From Tolypothrix carrinoi HA7290-LM1 (GTDB lineage: Bacteria; Cyanobacteriota; Cyanobacteriia; Cyanobacteriales; Nostocaceae): DNA of 64,000 bases. Positions within the stretch are counted from its first letter, which is position 1, and each line of letters opens with the position of its first letter. Of this stretch, positions 10,320 to 21,840 are shown in pieces. The stretch covers positions 96,001 to 160,000 of the forward strand of contig JAHHIK010000001.1 of NCBI GenBank assembly GCA_019358935.1. The letters run 5' to 3'. Both the position numbers and the translations under genes were made by a program. Under the pieces are notes generated by a model. It had not been told where the DNA came from. It worked only from the letters and a program-made list of their open reading frames with translations, and did no database searches.

Positions 10320-10619
10320 ATGGCTAGCTACCAAGTTAGATTAATCAACAAAAAGCAAGACCTTGATACAACAATTGAAATTGACGAAGAGACTACCATT
10401 TTAGACGCCGCAGAAGAAAATGGTATTGAGTTACCTTTCTCTTGTCACGCAGGTGCTTGCTCTAGTTGTGTTGGCAAAGTTGTTGAAGGTGAAATAGATC
10501 AATCTGACCAATCTTTCTTGGATGATGAGCAGATGGAGAAAGGATTCGCTCTACTTTGTGTTACTTATCCTCGTTCTGATTGTACGATTCGCACTCATCA
10601 AGAGCCATATCTCGTCTAA
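10320..10619 (+). CDS. fdxH: Heterocyst [2Fe-2S] ferredoxin FdxH
   Basis: [32 protein letters not shown], 99 aa; follows hesB. Confidence 0.95.
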   Translation: MASYQVRLINKKQDLDTTIEIDEETTILDAAEENGIELPFSCHAGACSSCVGKVVEGEIDQSDQSFLDDEQMEKGFALLCVTYPRSDCTIRTHQEPYLV

Positions 10620-10785
10620 AGTGTTGATTAGTTTTTAATTTCGCCTAATGTTGAAGTCGTAGCTTTATTAAAGCTATGGCTTCTTAATTATATTTATTTT
10701 TATTTGTAAATAGTTCGACTTAATTTGTAGTGAGCGCTGAAGCGCTCGTAATTATGAGCGCTTCAGCGCTCACTACGTAATGTAA

Positions 10786-11010
10786 ATGTTTATATTGTTG
10801 CGGGAGGGAGAGCAAGGAATTGTCACTTTCTGTAATAATCAGGACGAAATTATTTTAAAAAAACTGATATCAATGGAAGTGGTGCCAGGAACTATCATCA
10901 CTTTAGAAGAGAAACTCCCCTCTTTTGTCATCAAGGTAGGAAACAGGCGCTGGCAAATAGATAAGGAAGTCGCTTGTGCTATTTATGTGCGTGTTGCTAA
11001 TAGTGGCTGA
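10786..11010 (+). CDS. feoA: FeoA-family protein
   Basis: GEQGIV..KKLISM...PG..I.., A.AIYVR; usual position after fdxH. Confidence 0.75.
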   Translation: MFILLREGEQGIVTFCNNQDEIILKKLISMEVVPGTIITLEEKLPSFVIKVGNRRWQIDKEVACAIYVRVANSG

Positions 11011-11167
11011 TTATGATGTCGCGTTTTATTCGCCCTGACTCTGGAAGCCGCTGGTATGAACGCTCATCCGCTTCGCTTGGTGCGGACTGAAGAATAAGTG
11101 CAAGAGGGGAGTTTTAGCTATTAGGAAATAGCGGATATTTTTCCACAATTGAGGAATTCGTGAAGTT

Positions 11168-12124
11168 ATGAATGGGACGACACAGCAACGCCACTATCAA
11201 AATGTTTTACAAGTTTTTCAAGATTACTATCAGCTAACAAAGCCCCGGATTATTCCGCTGCTGTTGATTACTACGGCTGCTAGTATGGCGATCGCCTCTG
11301 CTGGAAAACTAGACCCTAGATTGCTGCTACTAACCATGATTGGTGGTACTTGTGCGACTGCTAGCGCTCAGACAATCAATTGTATCTACGATAGTGATAT
11401 TGATTATCAAATGGAACGCACGCGCCATAGACCGATGCCTTCTGGTCGCGTACAGCCATTACATGCTCTCATATTTGCGATCGCTCTGGCTTGTATTTCT
11501 TTCGCTGTGCTTGCAGTATTTGTCAATCTGTTAAGTGCTTTGTTAGCGATGTCTGGCATCGCCTTCTACGTGGGCATTTACACGCATTTGCTCAAACGCC
11601 ATACTCCTTACAATATCGTCATTGGCGGCGCAGCGGGTGCAATTCCGGCGTTGGTTGGTTGGGCAGCGGTGACAAATACCTTAAGCTGGACAGCATGGTT
11701 GATTTTTGCGATTGTGTTCTTATGGACACCTCCCCATTTTTGGGCTTTGGCTTTAATGATCCGCGATGAATATGCCAAGGTGGGTGTGCCTATGTTGCCG
11801 GTGGTTACTGATAATATTGCCACGGCGCGTCAGATTTGGGGATACACTTTGGTAGTTATCCCCAGCACGTTTTTATTAATTTATCCTCTTCACGCTTCGG
11901 GGGTAATTTATGGTGCGATCGCTTTGATTTTAGGGGCGATTTTTATCAAAAAAGCTTGGGTGCTGTTGCAGAATCCAGATGATAAACAACTAGCGCGATC
12001 GCTTTTTCTTTACTCGATTCTCTACATGATGTTGCTGTGTGCGGCAATGGTAGTTGATAGTCTACCCATCACCCATCATTTGATTGAGGCAATTTTAGCC
12101 CTGGCGAATAGAATTCGCGGCTAA
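11168..12124 (+). CDS. ctaB: Heme o synthase (protoheme IX farnesyltransferase, CtaB/CyoE)
   Basis: [29 protein letters not shown] and [10 protein letters not shown] motifs. Confidence 0.95.
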   Translation: MNGTTQQRHYQNVLQVFQDYYQLTKPRIIPLLLITTAASMAIASAGKLDPRLLLLTMIGGTCATASAQTINCIYDSDIDYQMERTRHRPMPSGRVQPLHALIFAIALACISFAVLAVFVNLLSALLAMSGIAFYVGIYTHLLKRHTPYNIVIGGAAGAIPALVGWAAVTNTLSWTAWLIFAIVFLWTPPHFWALALMIRDEYAKVGVPMLPVVTDNIATARQIWGYTLVVIPSTFLLIYPLHASGVIYGAIALILGAIFIKKAWVLLQNPDDKQLARSLFLYSILYMMLLCAAMVVDSLPITHHLIEAILALANRIRG

Positions 12125-12129
12125 ACAAA

Positions 12130-12370
12130 CGTTCGCGTAGCGTCCCGCAGGGAAGTCCACCTACGTGGACTAATACCAAGTTGCACATCATAACCTCACC
12201 CCGATAAAGCTGTGCTTTATCTCCCCTCTCCTTAACAAGGAGAGGGGTAGGGGAGCCAGCGCCGTGGGCGGGTTTCCCGACTTGAGGCGACTGGCGTGGT
12301 GAGGTGATATCTATGAACGCAACTTTGAAACCCGCCTACGCGGGTTTTATCTGTGTAGACGCGAATTCTA
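12130..12370. repeat. Composite of small dispersed palindromic repeats, including an SDR-like unit at 12253-12297
   Basis: CCCCTCTCCTT/AAGGAGAGGGG, GTCCACCTACGTGGAC and AACCCGCCTACGCGGGTT palindromes, plus a GAGCCAG..CTGGCG unit repeated elsewhere in the window. Confidence 0.75.
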
Positions 12371-12398
12371 TTCACCCTTTTCACAACCCAATAAAGGA

Positions 12399-12869
12399 AT
12401 GATTATGACTCAACAAAACAGCTTTAATTTGAGCGCAACTACAAGCGAGTGGATGATAGCTAACAACTACGATCCAAAGAATTTAAATCAGCGCGGTGAA
12501 AATGGCGATACGGCTTTAATGAAAGCGACAAGAGAAGGAGTTTATGCAGTAGTTGAAGAACTAATTAATGCTGGGGCTGATATTAATGCTACAAATAATG
12601 ATAACAACAATGCTTTGTGGTTTGCTTGTTTTGGCAATCATTACGATTTAATTCGTTTATTGCTTGCTGCCAAAATTAATATCAACAACCAAAATGATAA
12701 CGGTGCAACTGTTTTGATGTACGCAGCATCAGCCGGAAAGACAGAAGTTGTGAAGTTGCTTTTGCAATATCACCCCAATCTAGAGTTGAAAAACTTAGAC
12801 GACTATAAAGCTGTAGATTTCGCTAGCAACGTAGATGTTTTAAGGATTCTGAAAAATGCAAGTAAATAA
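12399..12869 (+). CDS. Ankyrin repeat protein
   Basis: GDTALMKA, NNALWFAC, GATVLMYAA repeats. Confidence 0.93.
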   Translation: MIMTQQNSFNLSATTSEWMIANNYDPKNLNQRGENGDTALMKATREGVYAVVEELINAGADINATNNDNNNALWFACFGNHYDLIRLLLAAKININNQNDNGATVLMYAASAGKTEVVKLLLQYHPNLELKNLDDYKAVDFASNVDVLRILKNASK

Positions 12870-14145
12870 GATAACCGGGAAAGCATATCACGATGCTACC
12901 AAGCATTCTTACCTATCGGTGCAAATCGATCCAAATTATGTAGATTCGTCAACTCAACCGTCTTCTTTTAAATTTTATCCAAAGTTTTATCGCCGAATAA
13001 GTCTAGACTTTCTCAACAATTCTATCCATTCTTTTCTTTGGTTAACGAGTGCGATTACTCTGGAAAAGACGTATAAAAATACTGTCGATAAACTGCGAGT
13101 GAATCCATCAGCAGGTGCTTTATATCCTACTGAGGTTTACGTGCAGATTCGCGGAATACAAGGAATAGTCGATGGAATCTATCATATAGAAGTTGAGAAT
13201 AATTGTCTAGTACTTATCTATGAATTAATTGATGATGGATTAGAGGGTTATATTTTACCGAATAATCGTATCATCGGATTCATTTTTTTAATTAGTTGTG
13301 TTTATTATAGGTCTAGTTGGAAATATAAAGACAGGAGCATCAGGTATTGCTGGTTAGATAGCGGACACCATTTGGGTGCGATCGCGGCTTCAGCTTTTCT
13401 TCACGATAGAGATATACAACTAGTTTTCGATTTTGATAAACTTGCTCTCAATGCAGATTTAGGATTTGAGAATAAAGAGTTTATTACTGCTTGCGCGATT
13501 TCCGGAAATGTTCAAGATAAGAAGGTTCGACGCTTAAGGCTGAAAGTCCCTTTTGTTTGTGGAACTGATTATTTTGAACAGAATCAATTCATTGAGTCAG
13601 CTTATAAAGAAACAGCTTTGCAAAAAAGTTGTTTACAGGAAATCAAGCATCCTCAATTTAGCTTTGACAAGGATAGATTTTCTCAAGCTGTTTGGAACAG
13701 ACGCTCAATTAGGCGTTTTGAAAAACAGTTTATTTCCCAGGAACTTTATTTTAGTATTTTGCAGGAAATTAGGCAAGCAATACCAACAAAAAGTTTTGAA
13801 GAAATCGAAATTTACGCAGTTGTCCATCGAGTCGAGGGAATCAAAGCAGGGTTATACAAAGGAACGCATTTAGTCAAGGAGGGTAACTTTAGTGAGAAAA
13901 CAGGTTACTTGTGCGTTAATCAAGCGATCGCTTCATATGGTGCAGTAACTTGGTTTTTTGTTTCCAACTATACAAATTATCAAACTGCCATGCAAATTGC
14001 CGGATTTTTAGGACAAAGGCTGTATCTAGCAAGTAATTATTGGGGAATTCATTGTAGTGGAATTGGTGCTTATTATGACGATGAAACTCAGGAATTTCTA
14101 GAGACAGATAAAGATGTCCTTTACGCAATGGCAATTGGCATATAA
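12856..14145 (+). CDS. Nitroreductase family protein (SagB/ThcOx-like, two domains)
   Basis: R.NPSAGALYP.E.Y, RSSWKY..R, D.GH, RRSIR.F and GIGAY.D motifs. Confidence 0.88.
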   Translation: MQVNKITGKAYHDATKHSYLSVQIDPNYVDSSTQPSSFKFYPKFYRRISLDFLNNSIHSFLWLTSAITLEKTYKNTVDKLRVNPSAGALYPTEVYVQIRGIQGIVDGIYHIEVENNCLVLIYELIDDGLEGYILPNNRIIGFIFLISCVYYRSSWKYKDRSIRYCWLDSGHHLGAIAASAFLHDRDIQLVFDFDKLALNADLGFENKEFITACAISGNVQDKKVRRLRLKVPFVCGTDYFEQNQFIESAYKETALQKSCLQEIKHPQFSFDKDRFSQAVWNRRSIRRFEKQFISQELYFSILQEIRQAIPTKSFEEIEIYAVVHRVEGIKAGLYKGTHLVKEGNFSEKTGYLCVNQAIASYGAVTWFFVSNYTNYQTAMQIAGFLGQRLYLASNYWGIHCSGIGAYYDDETQEFLETDKDVLYAMAIGI

Positions 14146-14170
14146 CTGGACAAAATAAAGAGGCACAACT

Positions 14171-14539
14171 ATGACAAACTATTTCTGGCAAAATGAAGAT
14201 TCACGTCCAATGCAACCGACATCGGCAGATATTATACTGCGCCAGCAACTAGAGTATTCTATTAGCAAGTACTTTTATGAAGATTGCGATCGCTGTATTC
14301 AAAAATTATTATCCAGTTGTCGGTGGTATGTCACAACCCACGCTAATGCTTTGACTTTGGTGATTGAATGTCCAGACCAAGTTACTAACTGGCGTGTGTT
14401 ACAAAAAATTGTGCCAATGGCGACATTGCTACATAAAATTGTCAGCAGTGCTAAAATTCGCGTTTGTCCTCCAGAAAGCCAGGGAATGCCTTTTGAAATG
14501 AGGGTAGATGAATTATCAGTTTACAAAGATTGGGCTTAA
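14171..14539 (+). CDS. Conserved hypothetical protein (paralog of 32423..32794)
   Basis: Shares F..CDR....LLS.C.WY.TT.A..LTLVI..PD...W and FE..V.E.S.Y.DW with 32423..32794. Confidence 0.75.
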   Translation: MTNYFWQNEDSRPMQPTSADIILRQQLEYSISKYFYEDCDRCIQKLLSSCRWYVTTHANALTLVIECPDQVTNWRVLQKIVPMATLLHKIVSSAKIRVCPPESQGMPFEMRVDELSVYKDWA

Positions 14540-14596
14540 TTGGATGCGTGGATTTTGGATTTTAGATTTTGGATTAATAGTTTTTCCTATTACCCA

Positions 14597-15076
14597 TTAC
14601 CCATTAACCATTACCCATTCCTCAATCATTGCGGTGACTTCTGACAAAACAAAATCAGCAGAATGTTTGACAGCAGGACTTAATTCTAGTCCGAAGCCAA
14701 GATTTTCCGCTTCAATTAGGTAAACTGTCACCAATAAAGGAAAGTCATCTTTAAAGATTTTTCTACCAGCAGCTAAAGCATTATCCCAACGAAAATCGTG
14801 CAAGTTGTAACTGGGTTCCGGTAAAGTTTCCAATTCTTTTCCGGGAACTTTAAACACTGCACCGGGTTCGGAATTCGTTGAACTTGCATCAATAATTATT
14901 AATTGTTTGCTACCTCGTGCTTGAAACATAACTTCCATTCCAGCTGTTCCGCAGTCATAAATTTGCACATCAGGATGAGGATGTTTGGTAAGATATTGCT
15001 GTAGGCGTTGAGCAATTATTACGCCTACGGCATCGTCGCTGCGGTTGAGATTACCGCAACCAATGATTGTGAGCAT
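14597..15076 (-). CDS. hupW: Uptake hydrogenase maturation protease HupW
   Basis: IIGCGNLNRSDDAVG, DCGTAG, LHDFRWD; lies downstream of hupL. Confidence 0.93.
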   Translation of the reverse strand: MLTIIGCGNLNRSDDAVGVIIAQRLQQYLTKHPHPDVQIYDCGTAGMEVMFQARGSKQLIIIDASSTNSEPGAVFKVPGKELETLPEPSYNLHDFRWDNALAAGRKIFKDDFPLLVTVYLIEAENLGFGLELSPAVKHSADFVLSEVTAMIEEWVMVNG

Positions 15077-15161
15077 GGGATAATATTTTTGTTCTTAATA
15101 ATTAAGTTTCGCGCAAACAGTTTATTTTTAGTGTCCGGGTTATCCTTTCTGACTTTTATTC

Positions 15162-15194
15162 AGATCCCCGACTTCTTAGAGAAGTCGGGGATCT
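15162..15194. repeat. REP-like palindrome AGATCCCCGACTTC-n-GAAGTCGGGGATCT
   Basis: 14-bp perfect inverted repeat in an intergenic region. Confidence 0.8.
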
Positions 15195-15246
15195 TATTTC
15201 TCGTTTTTAGCAATCGGCTAGCAACGATTGGAGATAATGAAGCGAT

Positions 15247-15675
15247 TTAGCTGGAAATTTCTACATCATATTTTTTGGCAATTTGAGATAGTTTATCAAA
15301 CTGTTGTTGCGATGCTTCAGTTAAAATTGCTTCCGCCTTTTCTTGTTCGCTACCTTCTTTAGGAATTAAATACCTAATATAAAGTGAAACAAAATCGACT
15401 ATAGCCGCTACACCTGACAAAGCGTGTTTATCAGCTTGCTTTCCGGCAATTGCTCCTGCTAAACCAGTTCTAATTGGGTCTGGTTTAACTTTCATAAATT
15501 GATCCACAAGTTGATAAATATAGTCTCCTGTGGGTAATTTATCTAACTTACTTCTATCTGGAGTAAGCTTATATCCCGCTTCTTTTGCTTGCTCTAGGAC
15601 ACACCATTCTGTAAACTCTTGCAGTGCTTCTTCGGGAAGATGAGAGAGATGATTGTGTAATGCTAATTCAGTCAC
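15247..15675 (-). CDS. Hypothetical protein between hupL and hupW
   Basis: 142-aa ORF co-oriented within the hup region; no motif recognised. Confidence 0.7.
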   Translation of the reverse strand: MTELALHNHLSHLPEEALQEFTEWCVLEQAKEAGYKLTPDRSKLDKLPTGDYIYQLVDQFMKVKPDPIRTGLAGAIAGKQADKHALSGVAAIVDFVSLYIRYLIPKEGSEQEKAEAILTEASQQQFDKLSQIAKKYDVEISS

Positions 15676-15744
15676 AAGAATACCCGTGTAAATTTCAATG
15701 TTTTCTCGTTTTTTTGTTCTCAGTCTCTGACTGGGAACGATCGC

Positions 15745-17340
15745 CTAAGCAGTACGGAAACGCGCCAATTCTTCGCCTGTTTTCGCATCGTGAGCGTGAA
15801 CGGTGCAAACTAAGCAAGAATCAAACGATCGCGCGACATGTCCCACTTCCACCGGATCGGTAGGATCGAAAATCGGTGTTCCTACCAAAGCTTCTTCAAT
15901 CGGTCCCTTGATTCCTTCACCGTCACGCGGTCCAATATTCCAAGTGCTAGGAGCCATGATTTGATAATTCTTAATCTTGCCTCCTTCAATATCGACCCAG
16001 TGACACAGCGCTCCCCGTGAGGCTTCGGTTGCACCCCAGCCACGCCCATCTTTTTCTTGGGGTTTGATATACCAAGGATCGTTTAACTTAAATTCACGCA
16101 AACAGTGTTCGGCTTGGCGATATAACTTGACAATTTCGTGAACTCGTGCTAGCTGACGTAGATGGATGCTCGCACCGCCCATGTACTTGAATGCATCTAA
16201 AATGAATCCGTCATGGTGTTGCCAAGATTCGCCATGTTCGCCACCGGCGACTAACTGACGCGCTAGGGGTCCTGCTTCCAAACGTCCAAATTGTGCGTGG
16301 CTAACAGCACTAGACCAAGAATAAGCGTTGTCAAAGTCTTTGGTATTTTTTTGGCTTGGTTTGGTCGTGCGATCGAAGGGGTGAACGTCTGCCGTCCCTT
16401 CATCATACCAGGAGCGAATTGTATTTTCGCGGGTAAAGCTTTGATCCATCAAAACATGAGTATCGGTGAAGCTGTTATACACGCCACTCTTCATAATTGT
16501 GGCAGCATTTCGCCCTTCAATAGTCGGTTTTTGGTATCTATCTTCGTGAGGTAAATATCCCCAAGTAACATATTTCCCAACACCAACACCATACTTATCT
16601 AAACCGATTTCTAAACCCATTCGCCAATAAAAACCTAAGTCAGAATTTGCATGATTTGGGTTTTCATCTAGCCACGCCATGAAGTCATCATAAGTCTTAA
16701 TTTGTTCGTAGCGTTCTAATGAACAACCTAACCAAACTGGTTCTAACCAATTAGTGCGGAAATATTCCAAAATTGACCAGGCGCGGGTAACATCTGTTAA
16801 GGTGGGGGCGCACATCACCCCACCAGGAACCATGTAACTAGAATGGGGCCATTGTCCGCCAAATAATGCATAAATTTCTACAGGTTTGCTAGAAATTGTG
16901 ATGCCTATTTCATAAGATTTACCTGTGAAAGCGGCAAAGCGTCTGCAAGCTTCTTCATAAAAGCGACTGTGCTGATACTTTTTATTGGTCAAGTCGATAG
17001 CAAATAGACCATAAAAGTAGCGCGGGATGCTTTGAATTGTTTCGACAATTTGACCTAAGTTTCTCGCTAAAATAGCGTTGCGAGGAACTTCTGTTCCCCA
17101 AGCGGTATCTAATGCCCAAGCAGCGGAGGTGAGGTGAGAAGCACCGCAAATGCCGCAAACGCGAGGTGTGACAATTAATCCGGCTTGGGGGTCTTTGCCG
17201 CGCAAAATAACTTCAAATCCGCGAAAAAGTTCGGCATGAGTCCAGGCATTTACTACCTGTCCATCATCGATTTCTACGCGCACATCTAAATCGCCTTCAA
17301 CTCTACCGACTGGGGAAATATCTAATGTTTTGATTGTCAT
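15745..17340 (-). CDS. hupL: Uptake [NiFe] hydrogenase large subunit (uninterrupted, 531 aa)
   Basis: MTIKTLDISPVGRVEGDL, L1 motif PRVCGICG, L2 motif FDSCLVCTVH plus cleavable tail; ATG at 17340. Confidence 0.98.
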   Translation of the reverse strand: MTIKTLDISPVGRVEGDLDVRVEIDDGQVVNAWTHAELFRGFEVILRGKDPQAGLIVTPRVCGICGASHLTSAAWALDTAWGTEVPRNAILARNLGQIVETIQSIPRYFYGLFAIDLTNKKYQHSRFYEEACRRFAAFTGKSYEIGITISSKPVEIYALFGGQWPHSSYMVPGGVMCAPTLTDVTRAWSILEYFRTNWLEPVWLGCSLERYEQIKTYDDFMAWLDENPNHANSDLGFYWRMGLEIGLDKYGVGVGKYVTWGYLPHEDRYQKPTIEGRNAATIMKSGVYNSFTDTHVLMDQSFTRENTIRSWYDEGTADVHPFDRTTKPSQKNTKDFDNAYSWSSAVSHAQFGRLEAGPLARQLVAGGEHGESWQHHDGFILDAFKYMGGASIHLRQLARVHEIVKLYRQAEHCLREFKLNDPWYIKPQEKDGRGWGATEASRGALCHWVDIEGGKIKNYQIMAPSTWNIGPRDGEGIKGPIEEALVGTPIFDPTDPVEVGHVARSFDSCLVCTVHAHDAKTGEELARFRTA

Positions 17341-17539
17341 AATTCTCGGTAATTGGTAATTGGGCATTGGGCATTGGGCATTGGGCAATGGGCACGCTCG
17401 CAATAGGCAATGGGCACGCTCGCAATGGGCAATGGGCACGCTCGCAATGGGAATAAAAAGAAGCGATCGCGTATTTCCATGCCCGATGCCCCATGCCCCA
17501 TGCCCTATGCCCCATGCCCCATGCCCCATGCCCCATTCC
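17341..17539. repeat. STRR heptamers in the hupS-hupL spacer
   Basis: (TTGGGCA)n, (GGGCACGCTCGCAAT)3 and (CCCATGC)n. Confidence 0.92.
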
Positions 17540-18502
<963 letters not shown>

Positions 18503-19269
18503 CTCTGTTGTTTATCATGCCTAATTTAAGTGACGACGTTTGTCAGGTCAAGCTGTTTTTCAACCTCTATTTTTTAATCTTAGGTAGTTTTTGCTTGGTT
18601 TGTATATGATTAAATAAGATTTTCATTTTTGTATTAACTAAATACAATTCGCAATTTTTAAAAGGTTCTCGCTCGAACAGAATTTTTATTTAAATAGTAA
18701 TAGTATAGAAAACGGACTTATCAGTAGTCCAGATTTAAATTTGAGAAAAAGCTTGATAAACATGGCTTTTCAATTCATTGATCGAGTTTAAATGTAATGC
18801 ACATATACAAAATATAAGTTAATATATCTGAAAAAAATAGGAAAACAGGCAGAATGATTAAAGCTGATAAATTAATTAATATTTTGTTTATTTGACAATC
18901 AACAAAGACAAGAGATTAAGATATATTTAAAATGTTTGAAATCAACGTAAATATTTGCGGTTTTACTCTATGCTTCTAATCAATAGAGTCTATACCAACA
19001 AAAAATTGACTAATTGAATTGAAGGAGAATTCATTTTAGTTGAAAGAAGACTTGGTAATTGAAATTGCGGTTTACCCTAAGCCTAGTGGGGATCTTCGCG
19101 TTTTAAAAAGAGTGGTGAGGTAGTGTTCGGGAACAGCTTTGAATATCAGGGAACAACACTCCTGTTTCGGTTTGTATAACCCTTGATTGGACGCTTTGTA
19201 AAAAATGCGTCTCCGAGTCTTGCGGGCGTTGAAAGATTCAATTCCCAAACCGATGACAAAAGAGTGGTG

Positions 19270-20238
19270 ATGACCCCTAGTATTACAGATTCAGCTGTGA
19301 AAGCGGCGATCGCGGCGATCGCATCGGAATCAGCAACGACAGAAGAAAAAATCGAAATGCTGATTCTTATGGCGCAGTCCTTTGTGCAACAGCCCAAAAC
19401 AGCCCAAGATTTGCGGAATGCGGTTGGGTTGTATTATCGGGCGTATGAATTGTGCGCTGATGATTATCCTCTCCTCAAAGCCCGCGCTAAAGCGGGAATG
19501 GCACTTGGCTTACAGACAATTCCGGATGTAGGGTCACAATTGCTACTCCAAGCGAAAGCAGGTTATGAAGAAGCGCTGCCAATTTTGCAACAATTTGCCT
19601 CACCTGAGGAAGTAGCAGAAGTGCAGATGAACTTGGGGTTGGTGTTGCAGTCGTTGGTGCCATTTAATTTGGCGCGGACGACAGATAGCATCCAAGCTTA
19701 TCACGAGGCTTTGCGGGTATTTACCTGGCAATATTACCTACAACAATATGCGATTTTATACAACAATATAGCGATCGCTTACCTTTCTATGCCCTTAGCA
19801 TCAGAAAGAGAATACTTGCGTCAAGGCTTGGCTGTGCAGTCATTTGAGGTTGCATTGAAGCACATTAAGCTGATTGACCACCCCAGAGAATATGCGATGT
19901 TGCAGAATAACTTAGGCAACGCATTGCAATATTTAGCGAGTTCGCATCCACTAGAGAATATTTTACGAGCGATCGCTGCTTATGACGAGGCGTTAAAAGT
20001 GCGATCTGCTAAAGATACACCCTTAGAATACGCCAACACAATTTCTAACAAAGCTAATGCCTTATTCAACTTACCAGATGACCCAGAAAAACCAGAAGCC
20101 GGGAATTATAAAAATCTGTTGCGAGTTCGTGATTACTATCAAGAAGCTAGGGAAATATTTAATCAGCACGAACAGATAGAACAAGCAGAAATTGTCACCC
20201 AAGCTTTGCAAGAAGTGGAAATAGAAATAAATAGTTAG
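19270..20238 (+). CDS. TPR-repeat hydrogenase-maturation-associated protein
   Basis: TPR-like A..Q.NLG and YA..QNNLGNA repeats. Start uncertain (frame open from 19183; ATG at 19270). Confidence 0.85.
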   Translation: MTPSITDSAVKAAIAAIASESATTEEKIEMLILMAQSFVQQPKTAQDLRNAVGLYYRAYELCADDYPLLKARAKAGMALGLQTIPDVGSQLLLQAKAGYEEALPILQQFASPEEVAEVQMNLGLVLQSLVPFNLARTTDSIQAYHEALRVFTWQYYLQQYAILYNNIAIAYLSMPLASEREYLRQGLAVQSFEVALKHIKLIDHPREYAMLQNNLGNALQYLASSHPLENILRAIAAYDEALKVRSAKDTPLEYANTISNKANALFNLPDDPEKPEAGNYKNLLRVRDYYQEAREIFNQHEQIEQAEIVTQALQEVEIEINS

Positions 20239-20303
20239 GACTTATGAGTTAGAAGTTATAAATTAATTTTTACTCATCACTTTATGAATGAGGAAGAAAC
20301 AGA

Positions 20304-20540
20304 ATGATAGATTTGTTGTCCAGCTTGGTGTCTGGTGATATTAACCTAATTACATCATTAATATGGCTAGCAATAGCAGCAGGCTTATCTATAGTTGGAG
20401 GTGCGATTGGCGGGATAATTTTAGCTGGCAAAGATTTAGGTTATGAATTAGCCGCGATGACTGGTGGACTATTAGGACCCGCTGGTGTGATTCCTGCAAT
20501 ATTTTTCGGGTTAGTTGTACTGAATTTATTGAAAAATTAA
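20304..20540 (+). CDS. Small membrane protein of the hup/hyp accessory cluster
   Basis: Two hydrophobic segments; GGAIGG..LAGKDLG..LAA..GGL.GP. Confidence 0.8.
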   Translation: MIDLLSSLVSGDINLITSLIWLAIAAGLSIVGGAIGGIILAGKDLGYELAAMTGGLLGPAGVIPAIFFGLVVLNLLKN

Positions 20541-20551
20541 TCGGAGGCATA

Positions 20552-20776
20552 ATGTTTGTACTAGGGTGGTATTCTATTAAGTTATTTTTCAAAGGAAAGC
20601 TAATACGCGATACAGCATATTTTATCAAGCAAACTTCAATAGGTTTAATTATCGGTTTGCTGTTATTGCTATCAACTGCACAAGTTGAATTTCCTTTATG
20701 GCTATCAATAGTTATCTCTAGCTTATTTACTGGCGCAATTATGCCATTTTTACTCAAAGATTTTAAGATGAAGTGA
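20552..20776 (+). CDS. Small membrane protein of the hup/hyp accessory cluster
   Basis: Hydrophobic 74 aa ending MPFLLKDFKMK; GGAGG RBS. Confidence 0.78.
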   Translation: MFVLGWYSIKLFFKGKLIRDTAYFIKQTSIGLIIGLLLLLSTAQVEFPLWLSIVISSLFTGAIMPFLLKDFKMK

Positions 20777-20980
20777 GTTGTTAATTGTTGGTTGTTAGTT
20801 GTTATTTGTTAGTTGTTAGTTGTTGGTTGTTGACTAGTATCCACTATCTACTAACAACTATCCACCATCCACCATCCACTATCTACTAACAACTATCCAC
20901 CATCCACTATCTACTAACAACTATCCACCATCCACCATCTACTAACCACTAACAACTATCCACTATCCACCATCCACTAA
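20777..20980. repeat. STRR tracts (GTTGTTA; ACTATCC/ACCATCC)
   Basis: Visible tandem repeats. Confidence 0.9.
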
Positions 20981-20983
20981 ATA

Positions 20984-21835
20984 ATGACCAAGCTTGAGGA
21001 ATTAATTCAAGAAATCAACCGCTTTGAGGCAATTGTAGCTGAGTGGGATGAAAGCCAGCGCTGTGTAGTAGTCGGGCTAAAAAGAGCGATTGAAGCTTTA
21101 CATAAAGTAGCTTTAATGCGGTTGATTAAAAGTTTAAAAAAAGAAGAATCAATTTCCGCTTTACGTGATGCAGTAGATGATGAAGTGGTATACGGAGTAC
21201 TGCTGTATCACGAACTCGTAAAACCGCCAAAACCGCCTTTGTCACAACGCATTCAAACAGCCATTGATGAAGTTCGTCCTAGCTTAAAAAGTCATAACGG
21301 TGATGTGGAATTAGTAGCAATTAAATTACCTGATACAGTTGAAGTCAGGTTCATCGGAACTTGCAGTCATTGTCCGTCTTCAACTTTGACATTATCTCAG
21401 GGAATTGAACAAGCGATTAAAAAATATTGTCCAGAAATTACCAAAGTTATCGCCGTCGAGAAGAAACCTATTGTTAATAGTACTAATGGTTTAACCAGTC
21501 CATTTTCTCAAAATAGAAATCCTCCTTGGGTTAAGCTAACAATTGTTGATAAAGTTCCTGAATCTGGTGTTTTAGCAGTTAATTTTGCAGGTAATTCGCT
21601 GATTTTACATCGTCAAGGTGTTAAGATAAGCTGTTACAAAAATGCTTGCGCTCACTTAGCTTCTCCTTTAGATGAGGGTACAGTTGAAAATAATATTCTC
21701 ACCTGTCCTTCTCACGGATTTCAGTACAGGTTAGATACAGGAGAATGTTTAACAGCACCTGATGTTTCTCTACAGTCGTATCCTGTAAAGATTAAGGGTG
21801 ATAAAGTTTTTGTGCAACTCCTATTGAAAATATAA
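20984..21835 (+). CDS. NifU/NfuA-like domain fused to Rieske [2Fe-2S] domain
   Basis: VRP.L.SH.GDVEL..G.CSHCPSS (NifU-C) and NACAHL..CPSHGFQY (Rieske). Confidence 0.92.
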   Translation: MTKLEELIQEINRFEAIVAEWDESQRCVVVGLKRAIEALHKVALMRLIKSLKKEESISALRDAVDDEVVYGVLLYHELVKPPKPPLSQRIQTAIDEVRPSLKSHNGDVELVAIKLPDTVEVRFIGTCSHCPSSTLTLSQGIEQAIKKYCPEITKVIAVEKKPIVNSTNGLTSPFSQNRNPPWVKLTIVDKVPESGVLAVNFAGNSLILHRQGVKISCYKNACAHLASPLDEGTVENNILTCPSHGFQYRLDTGECLTAPDVSLQSYPVKIKGDKVFVQLLLKI

Positions 21836-21840
21836 AATTG

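Noticed and set aside
12856..14145. SagB-like dehydrogenase as a sign of a TOMM/cyanobactin cluster
   Set aside because: No YcaO cyclodehydratase or precursor peptide is nearby; the context is nif-associated.
15745..17340. hupL excision element (xisC)
   Set aside because: hupL is continuous at 531 aa and no tyrosine recombinase is present.
17341..17529. N-terminal extensions of hupL, hesB (9579), hpsU-like (52029), hypF (23034) and fdxH (10272) in the ORF track
   Set aside because: The extensions run through STRR or other intergenic DNA; family N-termini begin at the downstream ATGs.
18503..19100. Canonical NtcA box upstream of hupS
   Set aside because: The matches I found are GTA-N9-TAC, not GTA-N8-TAC, so they are reported only as a tentative motif.
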